Origin: Lama glama
Lineage: Eukaryota
Direction: 5' to 3'
NCBI GenBank assembly: GCA_028534125.1
Contig: CM052816.1
Location: forward strand, 21,764,001 to 21,828,000
DNA length: 64,000 bases
Shown here: in pieces, positions 50,201 to 61,174 of the stretch
How the letters are laid out: the number at the start of each line of letters is the position of its first letter
Numbering within the stretch: the first letter of the stretch is position 1
Position numbers and translations under genes: made by a program
Notes under the pieces: generated by a model
What the model was told of the DNA's origin: nothing
What the model saw: only the letters and a program-made list of their open reading frames with translations
Database searches by the model: none

Positions 50201-53200
50201 GACACGGTCTCAGTTCAGAATTACAAGTTTCAGTCCACAATACCAACTGGCTGCAGGCTTGGTGGGGAAGACATGGTCTGGCTTCCTCTCTTCCTTTCTG
50301 ATGGTCCTCCTCCTCCGCCAGCTTGCTAATGAAGGTTTCTGTTCTCTCCCACCAGACAGAAGTGGGGAGGGAGAATGAGTCAGTGGGAAAGGAAAGCTGG
50401 GAGATGGTTTGGGGCAAACATTTACAGCGCACTCTCTGTTTCACGGACGCTTGGAAGAGTTCTCCTGATACAGACAGTGCCCCTCCTTTGTCTGCTCCCT
50501 ACTCCACTTCAGCTTCTGTGTCAGGTGTACACTCTATTGCTCCTACCCTGATTTTGTGGGGAAATGGACCTGTGGACAAGATTCCTTTTTAAAGCACTGT
50601 TCCCATCACCACTCAGTGTTCCTTCTGCAGACTCTATCCAGTTCCTGAGATTTATTGGTTTTTTTTTTTTTTTTGTAGCCACATCCTTTTTCCCCTGTCT
50701 CATGGGGAGCCCCAGCTGTAGGGGACATGACTGGGTTCTTCAAGTAATCCCAATGAAGGCTGAGTTAGCTTGGATTTAAGATAGGGATTGGGAGAGAGGA
50801 CCCCTCATTCTTCCCCTTTTGATGGGCTCTAGAACTCAGCATAGCTGTATCCAAAGAAATCCTCCTCACAAATTCTCCCTCATTCATTCATAGTCTCTCT
50901 CTCCCTCTCTCTTTGTTATTGAGGTGAAATTCGCATATTTTGAAGTGAACAATTCAGTGGCATTTACTACAGTACTCTCTTAATCTCTACTCAGTCCTTT
51001 TGTTACCTCTTTCTGGGTGAGGCTTGCAGTTTGTATATTGGTGTCTTTGATATTTCTTGGGTAAGTTCTGCACATGATCTGGCCCCTCACTGTTGGAGTT
51101 TCGCAGCTATAGTATCTTCTGCCTCAGTGGAAACTTCTAATTTTAATATCTTTTGCCCGTGACTTATGTCCTTAGGCCTTATAGAAGCCCTATGAGGTTG
51201 GTGTCACTGTCCCTACTTTACAGGTTAGGAAACTGAAAGCAGAAAAATTTCCAGTGTTATGCTGACAGTGAGGGGCAAGGCCAGGATTTGAGCCCAGTCA
51301 GATCTGTCCAGCAGCAGGGCCGGTGTTGTATCCACCCTCACATGAAATGGTGACCACACAGCCTCCCCCCTCCACCCAGCCTGCTGTGCCCTCAGTCCCC
51401 ACCTGGCCTCTGTCCTCTGAGCCATCCTAGAAGCCCTGGGCTTCCTCACAAGCAATAGTAAAAGGTCGTGTCAAGACAAAGCGAGAATACCCATGTTCCA
51501 TCTGTGCTAATGAGCAGGCACGCAGGGCCGCCCCCAGCACTCTGGACCTCCAGCCTGGCCTTAGCACAGCTGGCCGCTGGGTTCTGAGGACTAGAGCTGC
51601 TCAGACCCAGAGAACTGAGTAGGTCACTGGTGCATGTAAGGAGACGGGGGGCCGAAAGTCCGTACTCCCTGAGGGAGGCAGAAGGGAAAGCACAGGCCGC
51701 AGATAGCCAGCCCTCCAGGCCTGGGGTCACCCCACCTGTGCAGTTGTCACCTGCCTTCTGGTCTCAAACATCTTGGAACCTCATGATGGGCTTTGAGTGT
51801 CTACAGGATGAAGGTCCCTGACACAGCAGTCCTCTGCCTGGGATTCTGAAGGTGGCTGTGGACAAAGGCCAGAGGCTTGCGTGGACAGTGCTAGGTGTCT
51901 GGGACTGCTCAAGGGGTGGCCCCTGGGCTTCTAACTAATTCTCCTTCTTGCTCTCTCCTTTCAGGGAACCCAAAAGGTGCGATGCTCACCCATGGGAACG
52001 TGGTGGCTGATTTCTCAGGCTTTCTGAAAGTGACAGAGGTGAATAAAGTAGACTCACTAATGCAAGTGTCTCTTGAGGACACCTTAAGCCTCAGAGGCTT
52101 TTTGTGTTTCCTTTTTTCCCCTGATATAATCTGGAATGCCTTTCACAGGCAGGAGTTTTTGTTCTCATTGGAGCAGCCCCAATTTCACAGGCACTTTGAA
52201 CCCTAAACACTGAAATGACCCATACCTGATAAATATTCAGCTGATTTCTAAGAGTGCTAAGGTCCCAGAAAGAAAAATGTGGAAACTTAGTTCTCATTTT
52301 TAACTTCAATAATTGAGATACCTGTGGTTTTACGTGTACCTTCATTTAGAAGTTAATCCTTAGTAACTTGTTTTCCCAAGTAAGTCAGAGTTTAATTCAG
52401 TCATTTTGTGTTTAAGGACTCCTAGCGTCTGAGAAACAGTGACAGTTGCTAATTTTTAAGGCTGTACTAAAAAAGGTAAATCTAAAATGAAAAAAATCTT
52501 GATATCTTGGCCTGACAAAAGCATGTTAGCATTTTTAACCAGCTAAGAAAGGAGGACCTTTTCCCACAAGTGGTGAGTATCTGAATGCACCTTTTCATAT
52601 CAATTAAGCTTTTTCTCCATTGTGGAAAAAAAATCACTCTCCACATTCACACCAAATGCCATTACGGAGCATATGCCCACGCAGTTATATATTTGGGTAT
52701 AACCCTGAGAGACGGTTGGTAGCTGAGCCAGGCCAGGAGCCATGAGCAAGGTTCCCAGGGCTTGTCCAAACTCACCTGAAAGCCAGCCGAGCAGTGAAGA
52801 CCTCTGAAAGAGGGCAGAGAGCAGGGAGGGCAGCCCAGGGGAGCTCGTCCCTGAGCAGAGCACAGTGGCCAGAGCAGCCCAGTCGCTGAGGCCGGTCCCA
52901 TCCCGGGGACTGGGATCCTTCTCGGCCTTCCCCTTTAAGGCCCTGTTCCCAGGCCACAGCCCTCTGCCTAGGGCATACAGTCCCTAGTAGGCAGACCTAG
53001 GGTTCTCTGGGCCCCTTTCTCTGGAAGGACTAGAAAGTGCTGACCATTCGAGACCTTCTGTGCCCAGGTGGCCCAAAGACACTGGTGAAATGGGGCCTGA
53101 GGCAGACCCTTCAGCCGTGGGGAGGAGGGGGCGAGCCGGGCTGGCCCTGAAGACTGTGAGTGAGGGGCAGGCCCTCCCAGAGGAGACTTCCCTGCGGAGC

Positions 53201-56200
53201 CCGACTCCGCTGGTATATGTGTGCTTCAACTGGCTCTTTGCTTCTGCAGATAACCTAGACCCACTGGCGCTTCGACCTAACACTCCGCTTCCTACGCTGC
53301 CCTGTTTTTTCTTTCTGCACCTTCCATCTTCCTCTCTCATTTTTCTCTCTCTCTCATCTCATGTCTCTCTCTCTCTGTCTCCCCCTCTCCCCACTGCCCT
53401 TCCCCTCTTCCTGTTTGCCCCTCCAGGTCATTTTCTCTTTATTGTTTTATGACTCTCTTGTCGTCTTCCTGTCAGTGTTTCTTTCCTTTCTGTCTCCCAT
53501 GCCCGGCACCTGCAGAAAGTGATCTTTCCGAGACAGGACGATGTGCTCATCTCCTTCCTGCCTCTGGCTCACATGTTTGAGAGAGTCATCCAGGTAAGAC
53601 GCCCGCCTGACTGACCGGGCCTTGCCTGGGCTCCTTCTGTTTTCTTACAGAGTCAGTGGGCTCCCACTTGTGCGGATGTGCACATTTCCTATTTGCCTTT
53701 AGCACACATGTTTGAGCGAATGGTGCAGGTAAGGCCCTGGCTTCAGGGAGGCACAGGGTGTGCCCAGAACCCAGAACCCTATCACAGTGTCACTTGTCAC
53801 TGGTGGCATGAAGTAGAACCACCCTGTCCTCAGAAGGTGCCACATGGGTCAGAGGACCTTGTCCACCCCACCTGTGCCACCTAGGAGCACTGCTCCAGGG
53901 AACACCCAGGCCTGCCTTGTCTCACCTGTGGACATATCTTGGCTGAGAGAGGCCCTGGCTGACAGCATCTGTTTAGAGAGCGTTGCAGCTCTGCAGAAGT
54001 GCTTTCCCATTCAAACTACGTGCAGTATGGCTCCAATTATGGCCAAAACACCTATATTCCATAACTTCTGTCACTCACAAACCCCTACAAAAGAAAACAA
54101 GACAATAAAGTTGGGGAATCAAACTGTCATGGCCCCTCCTCTGGCTGTAGATGGGACTGGTATAATGATTGGCTCTGGGACAGGCCTTGTGGGGACGAAA
54201 AGGGAATGGAGGAGTCCACACAAGGTTGTGGGGACAAAGAATTCCCCATGTGTGTGTGTCACTTGAGGGACCAGCCTGTGCACAAACTGTCTTCAGAGTC
54301 TCTCCTGTTTTGCCTTAGGCATGATCTAGTATATCTGGGCATGCTTTCCAGCTTTCCAGACCTGGATTCGAATGCCAGCAGTTACTGTGAACTGGTTTTG
54401 TGACTCTGGGCCAGTCCCTTTACCTTTCTGATCTTTGTATTCTTTATCTGTAAAATGGAGATTAGAAATAGTCTCTACCTTACAGGGCTGCTCTGAGCAT
54501 TGAAGAAAGGAGCATATACTAGGCCCCTGACATACTCCTAGTAGCAACCAGCCAGGCTTCCCTTCAGCCTCCCACAGCCGACATTAGCAGCCAGGCTTCC
54601 CTTCAGCCTCCCACAGCCGACATTAGCAGCATTTCCAGTACTTGTGGGCACTGCAATCCTCCAGAGTCACTGAGGTATCCCTGGGGAAGTCCACAGGCAC
54701 TCTGAGACATGGAGCAGACACACTGACAGGATTTGGTACAGCTCAGAGACCTGTCCCTGCTCCAGGGAGGCCCCTGTCCAGGGTTTGGGAGTAAGCATGA
54801 AGGGGCAGGCACCAGTGAGCCTGGTGGCTCCAACATGTCCCGAAGGCTCAGGATTCCACTCTGTCTCCTGCTTCTTGTCTCCGTTTCTGAATGGGACTTA
54901 GTGGGAGGTGGTGAGATATGGGTGTGGGGGGAGTGTCACCTCAGATGGCATTCTTCAGAGTCCCATGGCAGCAGCCAGAGATGGGTCAGGGGGTCATGGG
55001 CGCCCTGCACATAGGGCAGAGCTTTGCACAGCTCTGGACTGCAGCAGGAGTGACCTCCCTGAGGGACTACCCGCTTCCTGTCCTTTTCCTCCAGTCTGTC
55101 GTCTACTGCCATGGAGGGCGCGTGGGCTTCTTCCAGGGAGACATCCGCCTGCTCTCGGATGACATGAAGGCTCTGTGCCCCACCATCTTCCCTGTGGTCC
55201 CACGACTGCTGAACAGGATGTACGACAAGGTGAGCCCTGCAGGGAGTCTGGCCAGGCTGAGGGGCACACACTGCTTGTAGGGACGGAGGGTGGAGCCCCA
55301 GGCAAGCTTTTTACACCTCCACCCCTAGGTCCTGGAAGTCACCTCCTCTGTTGTATTCCCTGATTCTCACCCCTCCTCCTGGATTCTTCCTAGTCTCCAA
55401 AACCCTGACTGGGACGCTTTTTCAGGAACCTCTTTCCCTGCACCATGCCTAGACCTTGGTAGTGTTAACCTTTAACTGAATGTCACACGTTCAGTGACCT
55501 CCTGCAGGGGCAAAGACAGAGTGTGGCTTCTCTGCTGGCCACTTTGGGCCTTCTTCCTGTGGGTATGTCTAGAGGTGGGACCTGCAGGCCTGACAGCTGT
55601 TTCCAATTTCTGTTCCTCAGATCTTCAGCCAGGCAGACACACCACTGAAGCGCTGGCTCCTGGAATTTGCAGCCATGCGTAAACAGGCTGAGGTCCGGAG
55701 TGGAATCATCAGGAATGACAGCATCTGGGATGAACTCTTCTTCAATAAGATTCAGGTATGAACATGAACAAGTGATTATAGAGTGACACCTAAGTCTCCA
55801 GAGGGTGACCTTACAGAAGAATTAGAGAAGTTCATCTCAGTAGCCTGTAGTCTTATCAAATTGTAACTTATTTGCTAATGAAATCAAAGGTTAAGCTACC
55901 ATTGAAATTTTGAAGGACTCATTTTTGTTCTTTGGAGATGTGTTATATTTGCCAAAGGCAACCAGCAAGAAGGACTCCTAAGTAAGTTCCTTGACCTCTA
56001 CAGAAATGAGGGCAACTTTGCCACCTCTACCTCCAGGTCCTGAGGAGCCCCTGGGGTTCACCAGGGAGCTTGTGGACCCAGAAGATTCTTTTGGCCCTCC
56101 CTATAGCCTTGGCCACCCTGATTTTCCAGCTGCACAAGGTTCTAGCCAGATGGCCAAGAATCTTCTTTCCCTTCCTGCTTCCCATCCCTTCACCCTCTTC

Positions 56201-59200
56201 CAAAACAAGCTGATTATGCATTACTCATTTCTGTATCTTCACTAAAGTTTTCAAGCTCTGCATTACTCAAAGAATTTGTAGTTAATTTGTAGCATTGTTT
56301 TTTCTTACTACTTTATTTTTAGCTGTGAAAATTGATATTTAAACCTTATTGGCTCAACTTACAAAGTGTTAAAAAAATTTTTTGTCCTTGGCAGTGCATA
56401 GTCAATAGTGCATGATATTGATTTAGAAATGAAAAAGCCCATGCCATTAAGGTGGAAGTGGGAATAAATTGCCCTAAGTAATTGTTTTGGATGCTTGCAA
56501 ATGATGGGAGAGTGAGGGAACAGCTGTGTCTTTTATGGAAGGGAGAACCAAAACTACAGAATGCCGCACAGATTGATGGCCCTTATTCTCAAAAGATGTG
56601 TCCATATTGTGCATTGGATTGCAAAAGATTTGCAGATACTAACTACTATATATAAAATAGATAAACACACAGGGAACTATAATCAATATCTTGCAGCAAC
56701 CTATAATGAAAAAGAATATGAAAACAAACATATGCATGTATATGTATGACTGAATTATTATGCTGTACACCAGAATTGACACAACATTGTAAACTGACTG
56801 TACTTCAATAAAACAACAACAAAAACTGATGCGGTTGATTCCTTTGGAAGAAGAAGGGACTTCCTCAGCTCTTGTGAAGTCTCAGGCCGCCTTTCTGATC
56901 CCTACCTTTGGGTCCAGGGAGGGTACAATTGTTGAATGTTGACTTTGGGTGAGGCCCAGATGGGCTACATGCTGCCTTTAGCAGCACAGGCTTTGCCAGG
57001 CTCTCTGTCTTCCCACAGGCTAGTCTTGGTGGGTGTGTGCGGATGATCGTTACTGGAGCAGCCCCTGCATCACCAACAGTCCTGGGATTCCTCCGCGCGG
57101 CTCTCGGGTGCCAGGTATTGCCTTTGTATGGCCTTCCCTGTGGGTAACGCAGTGTGTGTTAGGACAGGCAGGAAACACATTATACCCTCTGTGGTACAGA
57201 AAGAGATCCTGGGGGCAAGATTTTTGTGGGTTAAAAGCTCCCTCCTCTGGAAATGTAAAATCCCTGAGTTACTGAAAGCCAAGATAGCCTTGTGACTTTC
57301 TGGAGAGCCCAGGTATGTATCCACTCTGGGAAAAATCATCATCAATGTGCTGGAGAACCTGTACCACGCCTGTAACAGCATCTCTGCATTCACCAGCCTG
57401 CAGAATGTCTCCCAACCCAGAGAAGGAACACAAAGGAGAGGAACGAAAGTTCACTTATGTGCTTCTATTTGATTCAGTAGGTTTTATCACTGCTAAAAAA
57501 TTCATTCCTTCATTTATCCATTCAATTAATATTTATTAAATTCCTACATATGCAGAGGATAGTAACATTGTTGTGACTGGTGGGTTTTAAGTAAAGTAGG
57601 CACATCTACTTCATAAATGTGCATGCTTAAATTTTATTCTTTAGAAGCCATAGACTTCTTAAATTGACCTCCTATTCTGCACGAACATGGCCTGATCGCT
57701 CCTAAAGTTCTCCCACATGGTCTGCCCACGGGGCTCTGAAGGGGAGTATCTTACAGAGACAAAACCTTTAGCACACTGTTAAGTACTTATTTTTAATACA
57801 TATTATTCAAATGAAAAACAGAGTCAGTGGTTGAAAATAGGTTGGAAATCCTTACCCCAAACCACATAACCTTACCTACTGTCTGTGGTAAAAAACAGCA
57901 CTTCTTCCAAGCAAAGTAGCCACACCTGTCGTCTGTGTTCAGCTTCACCTGGAGTTTCCTACCTCCCAGGCACCTGCTCTCCCACCGTCCCCAGCATGGA
58001 GCACCCAGATGTCAGTGGGTGGTTAACTGGCTGAAAAGGGCAGCCAGTCAGCTGCAAGAGGGTGTGTGCCTACAGGGTGGATTTCCATGTTTTGCTTAAA
58101 GGTTTATGAAGGTTACGGCCAAACAGAGTGCACAGCTGGATGTACCTTCACGACACCCGGGGACTGGACCTCAGGTAGGACCAGCTGGAGATGTGGGAAT
58201 GAGTTAGAATAGCAGGCTCCAAAACTTCCTAATGGGAAGTATATTTACAAGGGCACTTAGGAAATAGCAAAAGAAATAGAAGAAAAACAGTGATGGTGGC
58301 TGTGTCTCTGTTTGTAGCATTATGGATCTGTTGCTTTCTTTGTTACAAATTTTTGTATTTCCTACTTTTTTTGGTATATTCCTATTTTGTAGATAAAGAG
58401 AAGTCATGTTTGAAAAAAGAAGGAAGAAGTGATAGATCACAAAATACACCTCCAGGTGGAAAATGCTTATAATGTCAATATGTTGGATTTTATAGTTTTG
58501 AAATACCACACAGTCTTGCTTATAGTCATTTTAGAATGAAGGAAGCAGGCTATGAATTGGATATGATTTAGGAAGGAGAGACAAGTTCATAGCAGCCAAT
58601 GCACTGTTTCTTAAAGGGCCATTTCAGGGGCCCTTTGGGACTGTGTCTCCTGTGATAGCAATGTCTATAAGGCAGCGGTAACCTCAGAACAGACCAGCCA
58701 CTATTCACACCCTCATTCTGGAGAGACTCATCTTTCAGGGCAAGGAGGAAGAAACAGGTAGCCCACGTATGATCCATCACCAAATTTAGACCAAATACTG
58801 GAAGAATCTAAAAAACATTCACCAAAGGATTTCTTCAAGATATCAACTTCCTCTATAAGCCTGGGTCCACCCCTCATGCTTAAATTTGCTCAACTACAAA
58901 CCAGAAAACTTGGGGTGATGTGCAGAGAAAAGAAATATGCTCAGTAATGCAATACTATTTTCTGAGCACCTTGAGGTAGTCAGCAGAAACATGATAGGTT
59001 GATTCTAAGTTGAAAGCCCATTTGGCCAAGTCAAGTACAGAAGCATTTTTTTTTCCTGAGTTTTTATCTCTTTAAATTCTAGCTGAATAAACCTTATTTT
59101 ATATATGAATTTGATCTCTCTACCACTGGCAGATTTACTACAAGGACTATCTTCTGAGTTCCTGGCTCATTAGCTTTTTTCTTACTGCTGCCATCATATT

Positions 59201-61174
59201 TACTGATAGCTCACACCTATCCCTTTCCTTTTGGACACTCTCTTCCCCCTTATGTTATCCTTTATATTCTCCTATGTAAGACTTTTGAGGTTTTGCTTTT
59301 TCAATGTCTCCTTACTAAAAACTTGCAAACGCTTTGGTTATGAGAAGATAGGTATCTTTGTACAATATTGTAAAAGATCTGGCAGTCTCTCATTTAAAAG
59401 AGAAACAAAAGTGTCACAGTCTCTTCTTTCATCTACGTGGCTCACTTTTTTTTCAGAACCTTGGCCAGCGCCTGCCTAACACTCTTTCACCTTGCCAGCT
59501 GAATTGTGTAACAACCACAGACAATTACTAGAAAATGACTTAGATATAATTTTGTGGTTGGAGTGTATAAGACCAAGAAAATTTGAAGTCTTTTTTTGGG
59601 AGAGGGGGATGAGTTACCTCATCCTTGTTTTCTATTCCTTTGTCACTCAAAGTGTAGGGTGTAGCCCAGAAGCATCGGCCTCACCTGGATGCCTGTAAGA
59701 AATGTAGACTCTTAGGCCCCATCCCAGACCTACTGAATCGAATCTACATTTTTAACAAGAATTCTAGACGATTACTATGTACATTAATCTACAGTCTGGT
59801 GACTCGAAGAAAAGATGATGACTGTATTTTATGATCCCCAAACCAAGCCGTGTGATCTGAAGATGGGGGAAATGGTTTAATCGTAAAAAAAAAATTTATT
59901 ATTAAAAATCCTGACTGTTTTGTTGATGTGGGTATGAGCCTCCTCACGGACCCTGTGCAGGTTGGTGCTGCGCCAGGCGTGCCTGTCCATTTCTTTAAGA
60001 ATCATATGTAAAACAAAGGCCCAGGAAGGGTTAGTCTCTCCTTTCTCCAGAACTCTATCATCAGTGCTTGCTTGTGACAGACGCCCATTTAAAGATGTAT
60101 TGCTTTCCATCCCTAATTCCGCACTTTGACCACTTGAGGGGTTGTACGTGGCATGAAGCATCTTGGGTGCTGAAATTGATCTGAACACTGACAAATGCCG
60201 TATTGCTCTGGTGTTCTAGGACACGTAGGGGCACCTCTGCCCTGCAACCATATCAAGCTCGTTGATGTCGAGGAACTGAACTATTGGACCAGCAATGGAG
60301 AGGGAGAGGTAAACTCAAGCATTTAGCCATTCATGTCCATGGATGCTATACATGTAGTGAGTAAAAGAAAAAAAAATGTAATGGAGTTGTTTTCCTTCCA
60401 CCTTATGCATAAAGTCATTTATATTACTGATTAATTTGACTCCACTGAATTGCACATTTCCTCTCCACTTTATGGAGAAACCAACCCCCAAGGCTGGGAC
60501 TGCACTGGTCTAAATCAAGATTCGGGATTCCTAAACCTTAAAAAAATATATTATTATTTTTTCCTTAACTGGCATGACTTGCTGCTGCATGTCTGTCCAA
60601 GCAGAAACATGACCATTTGCAAATAAGCCGGATGGGGTAGATAGAGCTGGCCTGTGCTTGTTCATTCCGTGGGAGCAGATGGGAAAGCTCAGTGCCTGGT
60701 CATGAAGCAGGGGCTCAGGCATCTCTGGTAGAATCTGCCAGTCATCAGTATCGGATGAGACCCCATCCAGTGCCACCCAGAAGCACATACTGAAGGCCAC
60801 TGGGTTCCTAAGGAAGAAGGGACTGCAGAGGGGGGCCCGAGGTGGCCAGGGCAGAGAGGCAGAGGGAAAGGATGCTGCATGAGAGAAGGAAGTTCAGACC
60901 ACTGGGGGCTATTCCTGTCCTCTGTTACCATCACTGTGGTCTCCTCAGTGGATCCCCTGAGGGATCATGTATATTTTTCTACACACATCTCGTGACAGCC
61001 TCACATCAGGGTTCCTTATGCTGTGGGCTGAGAGAAACCCGGTGTTTGTCCCTGCAGATATGTGTGAGAGGACCAAATGTGTTCAAAGGTTACTTGAAAG
61101 ATCCAGAGAGGACAAAGGAGGCCCTGGACAGCGACGGCTGGCTTCACACGGGGGACATTGGGAGATGGCTGCCG
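20021..61174 (+). CDS. ACSL6: Long-chain-fatty-acid--CoA ligase 6, spliced CDS, 3'-incomplete (17 exon positions, 1713 nt / 571 codons using one Gate exon)
   Basis: Hand-assembled exons join in frame with GT-AG introns: [42 protein letters not shown]...FTSGTTGNPKG (AMP-binding P-loop)...YEGYGQTE...GWLHTGDIG. This matches recalled mammalian ACSL6, including its Gate exon pair. Confidence 0.97.
30543..30662 (-). mobile_element. Very young 120-bp L1 3'-end insertion in intron 1
   Basis: Perfect 16-bp TSD CATTTGTGCATTTTTT at 30527-30542 and 30663-30678; TTTT/AA endonuclease site; one mismatch versus the copy at about 10690-10809. Confidence 0.92.
37641..37861 (+). CDS. ACSL6: ACSL6 exon 2 (221 nt, [14 protein letters not shown]...QSEEVE); contains a second in-frame ATG at 37667 and the hydrophobic membrane anchor
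   Basis: Acceptor ttcctgcag|AG, donor GAG|GTGAGC; overlaps ORF 37667..37921. Confidence 0.96.
38850..39010 (+). mobile_element. MIR SINE fragment (further MIR-like pieces near 21100, 23800, 32360, 51200, 54350, 61620-61880 and 62770)
   Basis: Core ctctctgagtgtcagtttcctcaactgtcaagtgg resembles the MIR core. Confidence 0.6.
40788..40902 (+). CDS. ACSL6: ACSL6 exon 3 (115 nt, [15 protein letters not shown]...RRGLSIS)
   Basis: Acceptor ctcatag|GAC, donor CAG|GTGAGA; in frame. Confidence 0.95.
41575..41639 (+). CDS. ACSL6: ACSL6 exon 4 (65 nt, [22 protein letters not shown])
   Basis: Acceptor ctatgcag|GG, donor GAG|GTGAGT. Confidence 0.95.
41779..41880 (+). CDS. ACSL6: ACSL6 exon 5 (102 nt, [15 protein letters not shown]...FAQNRPE)
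   Basis: Acceptor gtacag|GTG, donor GAG|GTGAGC. Confidence 0.95.
42402..42501 (+). CDS. ACSL6: ACSL6 exon 6 (100 nt, [33 protein letters not shown])
   Basis: Acceptor ctccacag|TGG, donor CAG|GTGAGC; PLYDTLG motif. Confidence 0.96.
43038..43216 (+). CDS. ACSL6: ACSL6 exon 7 (179 nt, [13 protein letters not shown]...KSMQAVE)
   Basis: Acceptor ccctgcag|CC, donor GAG|GTGAGG. Confidence 0.95.
44187..44219 (+). CDS. ACSL6: ACSL6 exon 8 (33 nt, [11 protein letters not shown])
   Basis: Acceptor ttcctcttccag|GAC, donor GTG|GTAAGC; preserves frame. Confidence 0.92.
45575..45626 (+). CDS. ACSL6: ACSL6 exon 9 (52 nt, [17 protein letters not shown]), first half of the P-loop
   Basis: Acceptor ctctacag|CCC, donor CAG|GTAAGC. 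Confidence 0.96.
47930..48600 (-). mobile_element. LINE-2 3' portion in intron 9
   Basis: Begins with (ATTC)n, followed by antisense L2 tail-like sequence (ccctgccctcatgagctcacag). Confidence 0.55.
51965..52038 (+). CDS. ACSL6: ACSL6 exon 10 (74 nt, [25 protein letters not shown])
   Basis: Acceptor cctttcag|GG, donor GAG|GTGAAT. Confidence 0.96.
53282..53510 (+). repeat. Long CT-rich polypyrimidine tract upstream of the F-Gate exon
   Basis: About 230 nt dominated by C/T with (CT)n runs. Confidence 0.85.
53516..53593 (+). CDS. ACSL6: ACSL6 exon 11, F-Gate alternative (78 nt, [26 protein letters not shown])
   Basis: Acceptor cctgcag|AAA, donor CAG|GTAAGA; D-x4-F-LPLAH-x2-E gate motif. Confidence 0.95.
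53651..53728 (+). CDS. ACSL6: ACSL6 exon 11, Y-Gate alternative (78 nt, [26 protein letters not shown])
   Basis: Acceptor ttcttacag|AGT, donor CAG|GTAAGG; D-x4-Y-LPLAH-x2-E gate motif; same length and phase as the F-Gate exon. Confidence 0.95.
54549..54630. repeat. Perfect 39-bp tandem duplication
   Basis: CAGCCAGGCTTCCCTTCAGCCTCCCACAGCCGACATTAG twice (54549-54587, 54588-54626), followed by CAGC. Confidence 0.95.
55095..55229 (+). CDS. ACSL6: ACSL6 exon 12 (135 nt, [20 protein letters not shown]...RMYDK)
   Basis: Acceptor ttcctccag|TCT, donor AAG|GTGAGC. Confidence 0.96.
55621..55755 (+). CDS. ACSL6: ACSL6 exon 13 (135 nt, [16 protein letters not shown]...ELFFNKIQ)
   Basis: Acceptor ttcctcag|ATC, donor CAG|GTATGA. 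Confidence 0.95.
56620..56825 (+). mobile_element. L1 3'-end fragment of the older artiodactyl-type tail
   Basis: tgctgtacaccagaattgacacaacattgtaaactgactgtacttcaataaaa plus an A-rich tail; similar to the reverse complement of 10311-10480. Confidence 0.8.
57019..57114 (+). CDS. ACSL6: ACSL6 exon 14 (96 nt, [32 protein letters not shown])
   Basis: Acceptor tcccacag|GCT, donor CAG|GTATTG; TGAAP motif. Confidence 0.96.
58102..58174 (+). CDS. ACSL6: ACSL6 exon 15 (73 nt, [24 protein letters not shown])
   Basis: Weaker AAG acceptor (ttgcttaaag|GTT), donor CAG|GTAGGA; GYGQTE adenylate motif. Confidence 0.95.
59641..59790. mobile_element. MER5A-like hAT DNA transposon fossil
   Basis: gaaatgtagactcttaggccccatcccagacctactgaatcgaatctacatttttaacaaga matches the recalled MER5A core. 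Confidence 0.7.
60220..60308 (+). CDS. ACSL6: ACSL6 exon 16 (89 nt, [30 protein letters not shown])
   Basis: Acceptor gttctag|GA, donor GAG|GTAAAC. Confidence 0.95.
61058..61174 (+). CDS. ACSL6: ACSL6 exon 17 (117 nt, [39 protein letters not shown])
   Basis: Acceptor ccctgcag|ATA, donor CCG|GTGCGT; start of the FACS signature GWLHTGDIG. Confidence 0.96.

Noticed and set aside
53060..53452. 130-aa ORF with a hydrophobic tail before the Gate exons, considered as a third Gate exon
   Set aside because: There is no LPLAH motif, and the hydrophobicity is simply the translated CT-rich tract.
52039..55094. Dscam-style docking/selector RNA pairing for the Gate exons
   Set aside because: No convincing complementary blocks were seen by eye, and the 57-nt intron already explains exclusivity; a folding or covariation analysis was not possible here.
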